Shown piece by piece: positions 47,279 through 57,407 of a DNA stretch of 64,000 bases. Positions within the stretch are counted from its first letter, which is position 1. Each line of letters starts with the position of its first letter. The notes under the pieces are model-generated. The model searched no databases. It saw only the letters and a program-made list of their open reading frames with translations, and was not told the origin of the DNA. A program made the position numbers and the translations under genes. The DNA comes from an uncultured SAR86 cluster bacterium (lineage in GTDB: Bacteria > Pseudomonadota > Gammaproteobacteria > Magnimaribacterales > AG-339-G14), in assembly GCA_902524805.1 (NCBI GenBank), contig CABZES010000002.1, forward strand, positions 29,528 through 93,527, read 5' to 3'.

Positions 47279-49705
47279 CATAACGTCTTCTTTTAATTCA
47301 ATATGTTCAGATGAAGAACCTATACTAATTGTATATTTTCCTGACTTTACGACCCAATCTTTTTTTTCAACATTCCAGTAAGAAAAGTTTCTTTTGTTTA
47401 AAGATAATTTTACCTCTACTTCATTATCTTTTTTAATAAAAACTTTTTTAAATGATTGAAGAGATTTTAAAGGCTCATCTTTAGCAGCATCAGGAAATGA
47501 AACATAACACTGAGCGACTTCGCTACCATCCATTTTTCCCAAATTTTTTAATTTAAATTTACAATCGATGTTGAAATCATCTTTTTTATTGAGCTCAAGA
47601 TTTGAAAAAGAAAAATTAGTATAAGACAAACCAAATCCAAAAGGGAAAAGGGGTTTGATATTTTTCTTTTCATACCATCGGTGTCCAACTAGAAGCTTCT
47701 CCTCATAATCCATCTGAGAATTTTTTCCTGGATAGTAATCAAAAGCAGGAGTGTCTTCAATTTTTACAGGGAAAGTTGTTGGAAGTTTTCCGGATGGATT
47801 AACTCTTCCAAAGACCAAATCGGCCAATGAATTTCCATATTCTTGACCGCCAAACCAGGATTGCATAACAGCTTTGCTTTCATCCAACCAAGGCATTGAA
47901 ACAGGAGAGCCAGAATTTAAAACAACAACAGTGTTTTCATTTTCTTTTAAAATATTTTCTATCAATTGGTCTTGATTTGCGGGAAGACTTAGGTCAGTTC
48001 TATCGTTTCCTTCAGTTTCCCAATCAGAATTGGTACCTACTACTAAAATAACCGCATCAGCATTTTTGGCAACTTCAACAGCTTCTTCTAAAAGGTTAAC
48101 TTTTTCAGGTGGCATGCAACCAAAGTGAATCGCAGGAAATCTTCCTTCAAAAAAATATTCAACTTCAAATTTATAACTTCTATCTTTTTCAAGATTAATT
48201 GAGTTTCTTTTTGCAGCAGTTGCCAGAGAAAAGAAAGCTTCTCCAGGTGAGGTTTCATTCCAATTATCTATTAAAATATTTCCATTAATTTTTACTTTGC
48301 TAAGGCCAATTCCAAAAACCTCAAATTCATGATCTCCAGATACATCAGGTCTATAATCACAAGAAAATCTGACAATAACAGTAGGGCGTTCATCTCTGTT
48401 TATTATATTTTTTGCAAAACCTTCAAATACCCAAAATTTGTTTCCTTTTAATACTTCGGAAGCAATTAAGCTATCTTCCCTAATTTCTTTATCAAAAAAT
48501 TCAACTAAAAAACCTTTTTCAGAGTTTAAAAAAAGTGCTTCGTTTAATTTAGGCAAGAATTTATTTGTTTTTGCACCTTCCGCATACGAAATTGAAAAAT
48601 TATCAGAAAACCTTTTTTCCAAAGCATCGTATGGATGAATTTGATAATGAGGTTTTAAACTAGCACTTCCACCACCTATTATTTGGCTATTTTTTGCATT
48701 TGGACCGATTATTGCTAATTTATTTATTTTATTTTCATCCATTGGAAGAACATTCTCATTTTTCAATAAAACCATGCCCTCGCAAGCAACATCTCTAAGA
48801 AGTTGGTTATGAGATTCCCTAATATTGCTCTCTTCAGGCTTGTTTTTTGGAGCATCAAATCTTCCTGAAAATTCTCCTACTTTCAATATTCTTTTTACTT
48901 TGTCATTAATAATCTCTTCTTTGACGAGTCCATCTGATATAGCACTTAATAATTTTTTTCCCCAAGTATTTCCAGGTCCGGGCATTTCTAGATCAAGGCC
49001 TCCATTAGCATTATCAATAGTTTCTAATGCAGCTCCCCAATCACTAACCACATATCCATCAAATCCCCATTCATTTTTTAAAATATCAATTAAAAGTTCT
49101 TTGTGAGAACTACAATAAATATTATTTAATTTATTGTATGCGGACATTACTGATTTTGATTTTCCCTCTTTAACTCCCATTTCAAAAGGTAATAAATAAA
49201 TTTCTCTTAACGTTCTTTCATCAACATTTGAGCTCACTGTATGCCTTTCGAACTCAGTGTCATTGGCAATAAAGTGTTTTAAACAAGCTGAGACATTTTT
49301 AGATTGAACCCCTTTTACATAAGCCGTTGCTAATTTACCAACCAAAAAAGGATCTTCAGAGTAATTTTCGAAATGTCTACCGCCAAGAGGGTGTCTATGA
49401 AGATTAATTGTTGGACCCAATAAAACATCAACATCTTTATCTTTGGCTTCTTCTCCTAAAGCTTTTCCAATTTTAGCGAATAGATCTTCGTTCCATGTGG
49501 AACCCATAAGAATTGGGCAAGGAAAGCAAGCAGACGACTTGCCAGAATTACCATCTCCTCTGATGCCATTTGGACCATCGGACATTTTTATACTTGGAAT
49601 ATTTAACCTTTCAATTTTATTGGTGTACCAACTATCAAAACCGCTCAATAAACTAATCTTTTCTTCCAGAGTCATTTCGTCAACGACTTTTTTTATATCA
49701 ATCAT
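47273..49705 (-). CDS. GH3 beta-glucosidase with PA14 and Fn3-like domains, cytoplasmic
   Basis: SDGPNG.RG, GRHFE.YSEDP, KHF, VVSDWG, VLLKN, ETEG.DR, NPSGKLP and PFGFGLSY; no signal peptide. Confidence 0.95.
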   Translation of the reverse strand: MIDIKKVVDEMTLEEKISLLSGFDSWYTNKIERLNIPSIKMSDGPNGIRGDGNSGKSSACFPCPILMGSTWNEDLFAKIGKALGEEAKDKDVDVLLGPTINLHRHPLGGRHFENYSEDPFLVGKLATAYVKGVQSKNVSACLKHFIANDTEFERHTVSSNVDERTLREIYLLPFEMGVKEGKSKSVMSAYNKLNNIYCSSHKELLIDILKNEWGFDGYVVSDWGAALETIDNANGGLDLEMPGPGNTWGKKLLSAISDGLVKEEIINDKVKRILKVGEFSGRFDAPKNKPEESNIRESHNQLLRDVACEGMVLLKNENVLPMDENKINKLAIIGPNAKNSQIIGGGSASLKPHYQIHPYDALEKRFSDNFSISYAEGAKTNKFLPKLNEALFLNSEKGFLVEFFDKEIREDSLIASEVLKGNKFWVFEGFAKNIINRDERPTVIVRFSCDYRPDVSGDHEFEVFGIGLSKVKINGNILIDNWNETSPGEAFFSLATAAKRNSINLEKDRSYKFEVEYFFEGRFPAIHFGCMPPEKVNLLEEAVEVAKNADAVILVVGTNSDWETEGNDRTDLSLPANQDQLIENILKENENTVVVLNSGSPVSMPWLDESKAVMQSWFGGQEYGNSLADLVFGRVNPSGKLPTTFPVKIEDTPAFDYYPGKNSQMDYEEKLLVGHRWYEKKNIKPLFPFGFGLSYTNFSFSNLELNKKDDFNIDCKFKLKNLGKMDGSEVAQCYVSFPDAAKDEPLKSLQSFKKVFIKKDNEVEVKLSLNKRNFSYWNVEKKDWVVKSGKYTISIGSSSEHIELKEDVML

Positions 49706-49714
49706 CTCTTGATG

Positions 49715-49990
49715 CTACTTTAAATTTTGAGGAGTAAAGCCTTCAGGCTGATCGGTTGAATCATTAGATAAGAATTTTTCTAATTGATCATTTAAATATT
49801 TTCTTGAGGAGCTATCAGCTAAGCTAAGTTGTTTTTCGTTGATTAGCATCGTTTGAAGAGAAAGCCATTCTTGCCATGCTTCTTTAGAAACAGTATTAAA
49901 AATTTCTTCTCCATTCGGGCCCGGATAAGGAGGTCTATCCATTTTGGGCAGTTCTTTTTTAAATTTTCTACAAAAAACTGTATTACTCAT
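49715..49990 (-). CDS. yggX: Fe(II)-trafficking / oxidative damage protection protein YggX
   Basis: VFCRK, PYPG and SKEAWQEW...QTMLINE. Confidence 0.95.
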   Translation of the reverse strand: MSNTVFCRKFKKELPKMDRPPYPGPNGEEIFNTVSKEAWQEWLSLQTMLINEKQLSLADSSSRKYLNDQLEKFLSNDSTDQPEGFTPQNLK

Positions 49991-51000
49991 AAATGATTTT
50001 CTAGAATTAATTTAACTGGTTTAGGTATTCCCATTTTAACCGATTCCTTTTTGTTTACCCAAACGAATCCTCTTCGATCTATTGGCAGTCTATCTTTATT
50101 TTTAAGAAAATATTTTTTTGTTGAAATAGAAAGTTTCTGATGAGATAAATTATGAGTGACTAACGGCAAAGATTCTTTTTCCTCAAGTAAGTTAAATTTC
50201 TTATCGTCAAAATAATTCTCTTCTGGAAATAGCCATAGATTCTGCCAAACTCCTTTAGATTTATTTCTTTTTAATAAAACCTTATCTTTTGAAGAAATTA
50301 ATACCCATTTTATATTTCTTTCTTTCTTTGGATTCTTGGAAGTTTTTACAGGAATGCTATTTTGTAAGTTTAATTCGAAAGATTTACATTTATTTTTGAT
50401 AGGACAACTTTCGCATGAAGGATTAAGAGAAGTACATATTAAAGAACCTAAATCCATCATTCCTTGAGAGTAAATGCGAAAATTTTTTTTAGGCAATATC
50501 TCTTTAGCGAACTTTTTTAATTCATTTTGCGTCTTAGAGTGATTGATTGGCGACTGATTTGCTAAAACTCTTGATAAAACTCTTTTGACGTTCCCATCTA
50601 AAATTATCCCTGGTTCGTCAAAGGCAAGACTTAAAAGGGCGCCGGCAGTTGATTCTCCAATACCAGGAAGTTCGATTAGCTGATCATAATTATTAGGAAT
50701 TGAGCCATTGTATTTTTCATGAATAATTTTTGATGTTAGATGAATATTTTTAGCTCTAGTGTAGTAACCAAGTCCAGACCAACTTGCTAAAACATTATCT
50801 AAATTGCTTTCTGCCAATGATTTTATTGAAGGAAAAGAATTTATAAATTTATGGAAATAAGGAACTACCGTTTTAACTTGAGTTTGCTGAAGCATAATTT
50901 CAGAAATCCAAACGTGATATGGGCTTTTTGCCTGCCATGGCAAATTATTTCTACCATTTATTTTTTGCCAGTTAATAATTTTTTTTGAGAAGAAAGACAT
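49987..51000 (-). CDS. mutY: A/G-specific adenine glycosylase MutY
   Basis: SEIMLQQTQV, WSGLGYY.RA, LPGIG, DGNVKRV and the C-x6-C-x2-C-x5-C cluster. The start may be 51000 or 51009. Confidence 0.96.
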   Translation of the reverse strand: MSFFSKKIINWQKINGRNNLPWQAKSPYHVWISEIMLQQTQVKTVVPYFHKFINSFPSIKSLAESNLDNVLASWSGLGYYTRAKNIHLTSKIIHEKYNGSIPNNYDQLIELPGIGESTAGALLSLAFDEPGIILDGNVKRVLSRVLANQSPINHSKTQNELKKFAKEILPKKNFRIYSQGMMDLGSLICTSLNPSCESCPIKNKCKSFELNLQNSIPVKTSKNPKKERNIKWVLISSKDKVLLKRNKSKGVWQNLWLFPEENYFDDKKFNLLEEKESLPLVTHNLSHQKLSISTKKYFLKNKDRLPIDRRGFVWVNKKESVKMGIPKPVKLILENHL

Positions 51001-51053
51001 CTTATGCATTTTAACCTTTTACGTCCGTTATAATAGTTGCATAGAGGAAAAAG

Positions 51054-51641
51054 ATGAGAAACGCTAACATTGAAAGAAACACTAAAGAAACGCAAATCAG
51101 GATCAATTTAGAATTGGATGGTTCGGGAAAAAGCTCGCAAGAAGTAGAGCTTCCATTTTTTGCGCACATGCTTGATCAAATAGCCAAACACGGATGTTTC
51201 GATATTGATCTCAAAGCTACCGGTGACCTAGAAGTGGATGCCCATCACACTGTTGAAGATATAGGTATTACAATGGGAGATGCTTTTAACCAGGCGCTTG
51301 GCGATAAAAAAGGAATTACTAGGTATGGCCACGCATATGCGCCTCTAGATGAAGCTCTATCAAGAGTGGTAATTGATTTTTCAGGGCGTCCTGGCCTTTT
51401 GTGGGATGTCAATTTTACTAAACAAACTATCAATGATTTTGATTTACAACTCTTAAGAGAATTTTTTCAGGGTTTTACTAATAAATCATTGGCTACAATT
51501 CATATCGATAATTTAAAAGGTGAAAATGCTCACCATCAAGCCGAAACTATATTTAAAGCATTTGCTTTAGCGTTGAAGCAGTCTTGTTCTATCGATGAGC
51601 AAAAATTAGATCAAATTCCTTCTACTAAAGGAAGTTTATAG
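51054..51641 (+). CDS. hisB: Imidazoleglycerol-phosphate dehydratase (monofunctional)
   Basis: [17 protein letters not shown] and PSTKG. Confidence 0.96.
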   Translation: MRNANIERNTKETQIRINLELDGSGKSSQEVELPFFAHMLDQIAKHGCFDIDLKATGDLEVDAHHTVEDIGITMGDAFNQALGDKKGITRYGHAYAPLDEALSRVVIDFSGRPGLLWDVNFTKQTINDFDLQLLREFFQGFTNKSLATIHIDNLKGENAHHQAETIFKAFALALKQSCSIDEQKLDQIPSTKGSL

Positions 51642-51653
51642 TAGGTAAAAAGT

Positions 51654-52271
51654 ATGAAAATAGGCGTCATTGATTATGGTGCAAGCAATATCTTTTCAGT
51701 CGTAAGAGCATTTAATAGTCTGGGAGCCTCTACAAAAGTCTTAAAAAAATCTAAAGACTTTGAAAATATAGATAAGTTAGTCTTTCCCGGCCAAGGGTCT
51801 ATGGGAGCGTGTTTAAAGAAATTATCAGAAAATGACCTTAGAGATTCTTTAATATTTTCTTTGAAAAATTTACCATTTTTGGGTATATGTCTAGGATTAC
51901 AGATTTTATTTTCTGAAAGTGAAGAAAGCGAAGACGAAAAGGGATTAGGAATTTTTCCAGAAAAAATTAAAAAATTTAGTGAATTTAAGGATAGAACAAT
52001 AAAAATTCCCCACATGGGATGGAATCAAGTTGAATTTAGTCAAAGTCATTTTATATGGGAAGGATTAGAATCATCTAAAGATTTCTATTTTGTTCATTCT
52101 TATGCTTCTAAAGAAATTGATGAAAAATATATATATTCAAAGACATTTCACGGAGAGTCTTTCAACTCAGCAGTTGCTAAAGATAATATCTTTGCAACAC
52201 AGTTTCACCCTGAAAAAAGTGGCAAGTCTGGATTGAATTTATTACAAAACTTTATAGATTGGAAAATTTAA
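51654..52271 (+). CDS. hisH: Imidazole glycerol phosphate synthase subunit HisH
   Basis: PGQG, GICLG, PHMGWN, YFVHSY and QFHPEKS. Confidence 0.96.
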   Translation: MKIGVIDYGASNIFSVVRAFNSLGASTKVLKKSKDFENIDKLVFPGQGSMGACLKKLSENDLRDSLIFSLKNLPFLGICLGLQILFSESEESEDEKGLGIFPEKIKKFSEFKDRTIKIPHMGWNQVEFSQSHFIWEGLESSKDFYFVHSYASKEIDEKYIYSKTFHGESFNSAVAKDNIFATQFHPEKSGKSGLNLLQNFIDWKI

Positions 52272-52272
52272 T

Positions 52273-52995
52273 ATGTTACCTATCCCTGCGATTGATATTC
52301 AAAAAGGAAAGTGTGTAAGGTTAAAAATGGGTGATTTAACTAGTGCAAAAATTTATTATGAAAATCCATTAGAAGCAGCTGAGTTTTGGATAAAAAAAGG
52401 GACAAAAAGACTTCACTTGGTAGATTTGGATGGAGCTTTGCAAGGAACTTCATCAAATTTTTCCTCTATTTTAGAAATAAGAAATGCTTTTCCAGATTTA
52501 AAAATCCAAGTTGGTGGAGGTATAAGAAGCTTTGAAGCCATAGAAAATTATTTTAATAATAATATAGATTTCTTAATTCTCGGCAGTGTTGCTATTAAAG
52601 ATAAAGACTTTTTTATAAAGGCTTGTAGAAATTATCCAAATAAAATTATTTTAGGGCTTGATGCAAAAAATGGTTTTGTTTCTTCAGAAGCTTGGACAGA
52701 GTCATCAGAAATTAAAGCAACAGACTTAGTAAAAAACTATTCTCAATTGCCAATAAACTCAATAATTTATACGGATATAAGTAAAGATGGAATGTTGGAA
52801 GGTCCAAATATCGAGGAGACCGAGGCATTAGCTAATTTCTCGAATATCCCTATTATTGCTTCAGGGGGAGTGAGGAACCTTGAAGATCTTAAAAGCCTAG
52901 CAGGAAGCAAGAAGATATTTGGAGCTATTTGCGGCAAATCTCTATATGAAGGATCGTTAGAATTAGAAGAAGCTATAAAGTTTTTTAATAAATAA
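52273..52995 (+). CDS. hisA: ProFAR isomerase HisA
   Basis: [25 protein letters not shown] and ASGG. Confidence 0.96.
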   Translation: MLPIPAIDIQKGKCVRLKMGDLTSAKIYYENPLEAAEFWIKKGTKRLHLVDLDGALQGTSSNFSSILEIRNAFPDLKIQVGGGIRSFEAIENYFNNNIDFLILGSVAIKDKDFFIKACRNYPNKIILGLDAKNGFVSSEAWTESSEIKATDLVKNYSQLPINSIIYTDISKDGMLEGPNIEETEALANFSNIPIIASGGVRNLEDLKSLAGSKKIFGAICGKSLYEGSLELEEAIKFFNK

Positions 52996-53753
52996 TGAGC
53001 GTAACAATAAGAATAATTCCTTGTTTAGATGTAAGAGAAGGAAGAGTAGTTAAAGGTATTAACTTTGAAGATATTGCAGATGCAGGAGATCCTGCAGAAG
53101 CAGCTCAAAGATATGATAAGGAAGGTGCAGATGAAATCTGCATGTTGGATATTGATGCATCTTACGAAGCTAGATCAACTACCTTAGAGACTGTAGAAAA
53201 AATAGCTAATCAAGTTTTTATTCCTTTTACAGTTGGTGGGGGTATAAAAAGTGTTAACGATGTAGAAGTTTTATTAAAAACTGGAGCAGATAAAGTTTCG
53301 ATAAATACTTCAGCGATAATTAATCCAAAACTCGTTGAAGAAGCATCAAGAGAATTTGGATCTCAATGTATAGTTGTAGCAATAGATGCAAAATTCAATG
53401 GTAAAGATTGGAGTGTTTATACTCATGGCGGCAAAAATAAAACAGATCTAGATGCTTTGTCATGGTCAAAAAAGGTCGAACAACTAGGCGCTGGAGAAAT
53501 ATTAATGACTTCCATGGATAAAGATGGGACTAAATCAGGATTTGATAATATTTTAAACCAAACTTTAGCTGATAATTTAAATATACCTTTAATTGCCTCA
53601 GGCGGAGCAGGAGAATTAGATCATTTAGTAGATGCAGTTAAGTTGGGAAAGGCAGATGCTGTATTAGCAGCAAGTATTTTTCATTACAAAGAGATTTCTA
53701 TTAAAAAAGTTAAAGAAGCTCTAAAGAATCAAGGCTTAAGTGTAAGATTATAA
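52995..53753 (+). CDS. hisF: Imidazole glycerol phosphate synthase subunit HisF
   Basis: [28 protein letters not shown] and ASIFH. Confidence 0.97.
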   Translation: MSVTIRIIPCLDVREGRVVKGINFEDIADAGDPAEAAQRYDKEGADEICMLDIDASYEARSTTLETVEKIANQVFIPFTVGGGIKSVNDVEVLLKTGADKVSINTSAIINPKLVEEASREFGSQCIVVAIDAKFNGKDWSVYTHGGKNKTDLDALSWSKKVEQLGAGEILMTSMDKDGTKSGFDNILNQTLADNLNIPLIASGGAGELDHLVDAVKLGKADAVLAASIFHYKEISIKKVKEALKNQGLSVRL

Positions 53754-54374
53754 AATTTCTTTTTTAAAAGAATCTACAGAATTAAAACTATATAAAATAG
53801 GTTCTCCTGTGCCTATTTCAACATTTACAATTTCTTCAGAAGAGATATTTTCTAAAGACATTATTAAAGATCTTAGAGAGTTCCCATGAGCGCAAACCAA
53901 AACATTATTACCGTTGTTAACTAGAGGCTTAATTTCAGTTTCAAAGTATGGAAGGACTCTCATTGAAGTATCTTTTAAGCTTTCTCCGCCTGGAGGAGGA
54001 GTATCGTAAGACCTTCTCCAAATATGAATTTGATCTTCTCCCCATTCCTTTCGAGCTTCATCTTTATTCAAACCAGAAAGATCTCCATAATCTCTTTCAT
54101 TTAAATTTTGATCTTTAATTTTAATAAGATCTTTTTGTTGCAGTATATTAAGAATAATTTCTCCAGTTTCTTGAGCTCTAATTAGTGCAGAAGTAAAATA
54201 ATGACTAAAAATAATCTGTAAACTTTTAATTTTTTCTCCAGCATTCTCAGCTTCTTTTATGCCTTTTTCTGTCAATGGAGGATTTTTCCATCCAGTAAAT
54301 AAGTTCTGTTCGTTCCATTCACTTTGACCATGCCTGATAAGAACTAGATAGGAAGTTTTTTTTTCTTTATTCAT
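53748..54374 (-). CDS. gpmA: 2,3-bisphosphoglycerate-dependent phosphoglycerate mutase (short dPGM type)
   Basis: [36 protein letters not shown] and AHGNSLR. Confidence 0.95.
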   Translation of the reverse strand: MNKEKKTSYLVLIRHGQSEWNEQNLFTGWKNPPLTEKGIKEAENAGEKIKSLQIIFSHYFTSALIRAQETGEIILNILQQKDLIKIKDQNLNERDYGDLSGLNKDEARKEWGEDQIHIWRRSYDTPPPGGESLKDTSMRVLPYFETEIKPLVNNGNNVLVCAHGNSLRSLIMSLENISSEEIVNVEIGTGEPILYSFNSVDSFKKEIL

Positions 54375-54411
54375 AGTTAATAGTTTTATTTCGGTTTATG
54401 ATACCTCTCCA

Positions 54412-54819
54412 ATGCCATATTTTGTTCAATTTTTAATAGATAACTGGTTTATAGTCATACCTTTAATCGTATCTATTGTTGTATTTTTAAGAATTGAAAA
54501 AGTTAGAAAAGCATCTATTTTAGATCCTCAGCAGGTCATATTTTACTTGAATAGAAAAAATGCAATGCTTATAGATATAAGAAACAGCAAAGAATTTTCT
54601 GAAGGAAAAATTAGCCAAGCCAAACATGTCGGCCCTGATATAGATTTTTGCAAGAAAGAGATTAGTAAATCTTCTGAAAAACCAATAATTATTATTTGTC
54701 AAAACGGCAATTATTCTTCAAGAATGGCAGCAGATTTAAAAAAGGAAAATATAAACGTTTTTACAATGAAAGGCGGTATCAATTCTTGGCGCGGTGAAAA
54801 TTTACCTTTGATTTCCTAA
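54412..54819 (+). CDS. Membrane-anchored rhodanese-domain protein (YibN-like)
   Basis: N-terminal TM, IDIR...EF..G.I, C-loop CQNG and GGINSW..ENLP. Confidence 0.88.
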   Translation: MPYFVQFLIDNWFIVIPLIVSIVVFLRIEKVRKASILDPQQVIFYLNRKNAMLIDIRNSKEFSEGKISQAKHVGPDIDFCKKEISKSSEKPIIIICQNGNYSSRMAADLKKENINVFTMKGGINSWRGENLPLIS

Positions 54820-56213
54820 AGATCTAATTCATTCATTTTTCTTGCTAAAGTATTCCTGCCCCAGCCTAGAAGATTGGCTGCTTCACTTTTCTTGCCCTTA
54901 GTAGCTTTCATCGCAACTTTTATCATTGTTTTTTCAAAAACAGGAATAGTCGAATTAAGGATATGATCATCTCCATTTGATAACCTTTCTGTCGCCCAAA
55001 CTTCTAGCAAGTCGTTCCAACTTAACTCAGGTCCTTTCTTTTGAATTAACAAATCATTTGGTAAATCACTTATGTTGATTTCTTGTGCAGAAGATAAAAC
55101 TGTAAGTGAGTGACAAAGATTTTGAAGTTGCAGAACATTTCCAGGCCATATCAAATTAGAAAAAAGGTCAATTACTTCCTGAGTTAAAATTTTTGTTTCC
55201 GATTTTGTTTCTTTTGAAAACTTTTCAAAGAAGTATGCAGCTAGCAAAGGAATATCTTCTTTTCTATCTCTCAAAGACGGCATTGGTATTCTTATAACAT
55301 TAAGTCTATGAAAAAGATCCTCCCTAAAAGCTCCAGTTTTTACTTTTTCATTTAAATTTTGATTCGTTGCAGCAATTATTCTCACATCAACTGTTATTGG
55401 TTCACTTCCCCCAATTCTATAAAATTCTCCACTTGATAAAACTCTTAAAATTCTAGTTTGGGTTTCATAGGGCATGTCGCCTATTTCATCTAAGAATAAT
55501 GTAGCTTTGTGAGCTTGCTCAAATCTTCCTATCTTCTTTTTTTCAGCGCCTGTAAATGCTCCTTTTTCATAACCAAAAAGTTCAGACTCTAAAAGCTCAA
55601 TGGGAATATCTGCCATATTAAGGGAAATAAGTTTTTTTTCTGCTCTTTCGCTATGCTCATAAATTGCTCTAGCTACTAACTCCTTGCCTGTTCCAGATTC
55701 GCCTACTAACAATACGGTTGAATCTGAATGTGAGAGCTTTCCGATTGAATTAAAAAGATCTTGCATTGCAGGTGATTTACCAATAATTTTTCCTTTATCA
55801 AGAGAAATTTCATCTTCTTTATTTCTTCTTTTTGATCTAATTTTTCTTTCCTCTAGAGCTTTTGAAATTTTAGATACTGCATCATTCAAATCAAAAGGTT
55901 TAGCAATATAATCCCAAGCTCCGTTTTCAAAAGCATCTACTGTAGTGTCTAAATCAGAATGTGCAGTCATCATAATAACTGGAATATTCGAAAATTCATT
56001 TTTAAAAGTATCTAATAGGTCCATGCCGTCTCTACCCGGCATTTTTAGGTCTGTTAAAAGTACGTTTGGTCTTTCTAGATCAAGTTGATTTACAACTTCA
56101 TTACCATCTTCAAAAACAGATACGTCAAAACCTGCATCAACTAAGCCTTTTTCTAGAACAAACCTTATAGATTCGTCATCATCAGCAACCCATACCTTTT
56201 TAGATTTAGACAT
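54816..56213 (-). CDS. ntrC: Nitrogen regulation response regulator NtrC
   Basis: WVADDD receiver, MTAHSDL, GESGTGKE, GAFTGA and the NtrC HTH LLGWGRNTL. Confidence 0.96.
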   Translation of the reverse strand: MSKSKKVWVADDDESIRFVLEKGLVDAGFDVSVFEDGNEVVNQLDLERPNVLLTDLKMPGRDGMDLLDTFKNEFSNIPVIMMTAHSDLDTTVDAFENGAWDYIAKPFDLNDAVSKISKALEERKIRSKRRNKEDEISLDKGKIIGKSPAMQDLFNSIGKLSHSDSTVLLVGESGTGKELVARAIYEHSERAEKKLISLNMADIPIELLESELFGYEKGAFTGAEKKKIGRFEQAHKATLFLDEIGDMPYETQTRILRVLSSGEFYRIGGSEPITVDVRIIAATNQNLNEKVKTGAFREDLFHRLNVIRIPMPSLRDRKEDIPLLAAYFFEKFSKETKSETKILTQEVIDLFSNLIWPGNVLQLQNLCHSLTVLSSAQEINISDLPNDLLIQKKGPELSWNDLLEVWATERLSNGDDHILNSTIPVFEKTMIKVAMKATKGKKSEAANLLGWGRNTLARKMNELDL

Positions 56214-57297
56214 TTAAAACCTCTGCATTTTCCTCTTTGAAACTTTCCTCCGGAAAAGGAATTAAAATTGAAAAATTCGTTCCGCTAGAATCGCTTGAAC
56301 ATTCAATAGAGCCTTGATGTTGATTAATAATTCCCTTAGCAATTGCTAGACCTAAACCAGAAGCCACTTTTTTAGTAGAGACTAAAGGAAAAAATATGGA
56401 ATCAATAAATTCCTCAGGAATGCCAGGGCCATTATCTATGAAATCAATCTCACATGCAGTTTTACAAAAACTTCCATTAATAATTACTTCTGAAGCAACT
56501 CTCGTCCTGACAGTAATTTTTGTTCCAACATTTGCTTTAATCATAGCCTCAATTGAATTTTTAGTTAGGTTGTAAAAGACTTGCATGATGAGAGAGGAGT
56601 CAATATTTACTAAAGGCAAGCTTGGATCATAATCTCTAATGAACTTTATATCTTTGCTGTCTAAAGAATTTATGAAATCAGGTAGTTTTTCTAAAACAAT
56701 ATGAATATTTTCTTTAGCTAAACTAAGTTGAAATTGTTTTTCGGAAACTTGATTTACAATGTTGGTAATTCTGTCTGATTCCCTTGAGATAATGTTTAAA
56801 AGTTCTTGATTTTCTTTTGTTTTTAATTTGTTTGATAATAACTGAGCAGCTCCTTTAATTCCGCTCAAAGGATTTTTAATCTCGTGGGCTAATCCTTTAG
56901 AAAAAGCTGCAGTAACAACTCCTCCTGTAGATTTCCTTCTAGCCTTTTTTGCTAAAATTTGTTTCTCAGCATCAAAAAATTCAAAAACAATTGATTCACT
57001 CTTTTCGCCTAAATAATAAGCAACAAAAGAGCACTTTTTTTTCAATCCTCCGGCTAAAAAAAGAGTTGTTATGTGTCTTTTGAGATAGGTTTTCTTTTCT
57101 AGAAGATCAAGTAATTCAAGGTTATTAGTAGGCTTTTCGATGAAGACATCATGAATCAATTTGCCTAAACATTTTTTAGAAGTAGTATTTAAGAAATCTT
57201 CTGCAGAATTATTTATGAATAAAACTTTTAAATCTTTGTCAGTTATAAGAAGTTTAGAAGAGATTTTCTGTAAAGCTGTTTCTAACGATTTTTGCAT
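56206..57297 (-). CDS. ntrB: Nitrogen regulation sensor kinase NtrB
   Basis: PAS-like N-terminus, LAHEIKNPL.GIKGAAQLL, RDYDPSLP, DNGPGIP and SGLGL. Confidence 0.95.
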   Translation of the reverse strand: MQKSLETALQKISSKLLITDKDLKVLFINNSAEDFLNTTSKKCLGKLIHDVFIEKPTNNLELLDLLEKKTYLKRHITTLFLAGGLKKKCSFVAYYLGEKSESIVFEFFDAEKQILAKKARRKSTGGVVTAAFSKGLAHEIKNPLSGIKGAAQLLSNKLKTKENQELLNIISRESDRITNIVNQVSEKQFQLSLAKENIHIVLEKLPDFINSLDSKDIKFIRDYDPSLPLVNIDSSLIMQVFYNLTKNSIEAMIKANVGTKITVRTRVASEVIINGSFCKTACEIDFIDNGPGIPEEFIDSIFFPLVSTKKVASGLGLAIAKGIINQHQGSIECSSDSSGTNFSILIPFPEESFKEENAEVLNV

Positions 57298-57303
57298 TAT
57301 TAT

Positions 57304-57407
57304 AAAAAGTTGAGAAAGTCTCAGATGCTGAAAGAAAAATATCTCATTATCTATTTTAGTTTCAGCGTGTCTGAGATTAACTCATTTCACTTTTCTCCTA
57401 ACTTTTT
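57304..57407 (-). other. Long imperfect hairpin filling the glnII-ntrB intergenic region, followed by a U5 tract (terminator/attenuator or 3'-UTR RNA)
   Basis: Nested inverted repeats on the plus strand: TCTCAGA/TCTGAGA, GCTGAAA/TTTCAGC, AAAATA/TATTTT, and an outer AAAAAGTTGAGAAAG/CTTTTCTCCTAACTTTTT. Confidence 0.6.

Noticed and set aside
28525-49705. Integrative island at tRNA-Phe
   Set aside because: The genes look accessory, but I saw no integrase, no duplicated tRNA 3' end and no obvious compositional shift.
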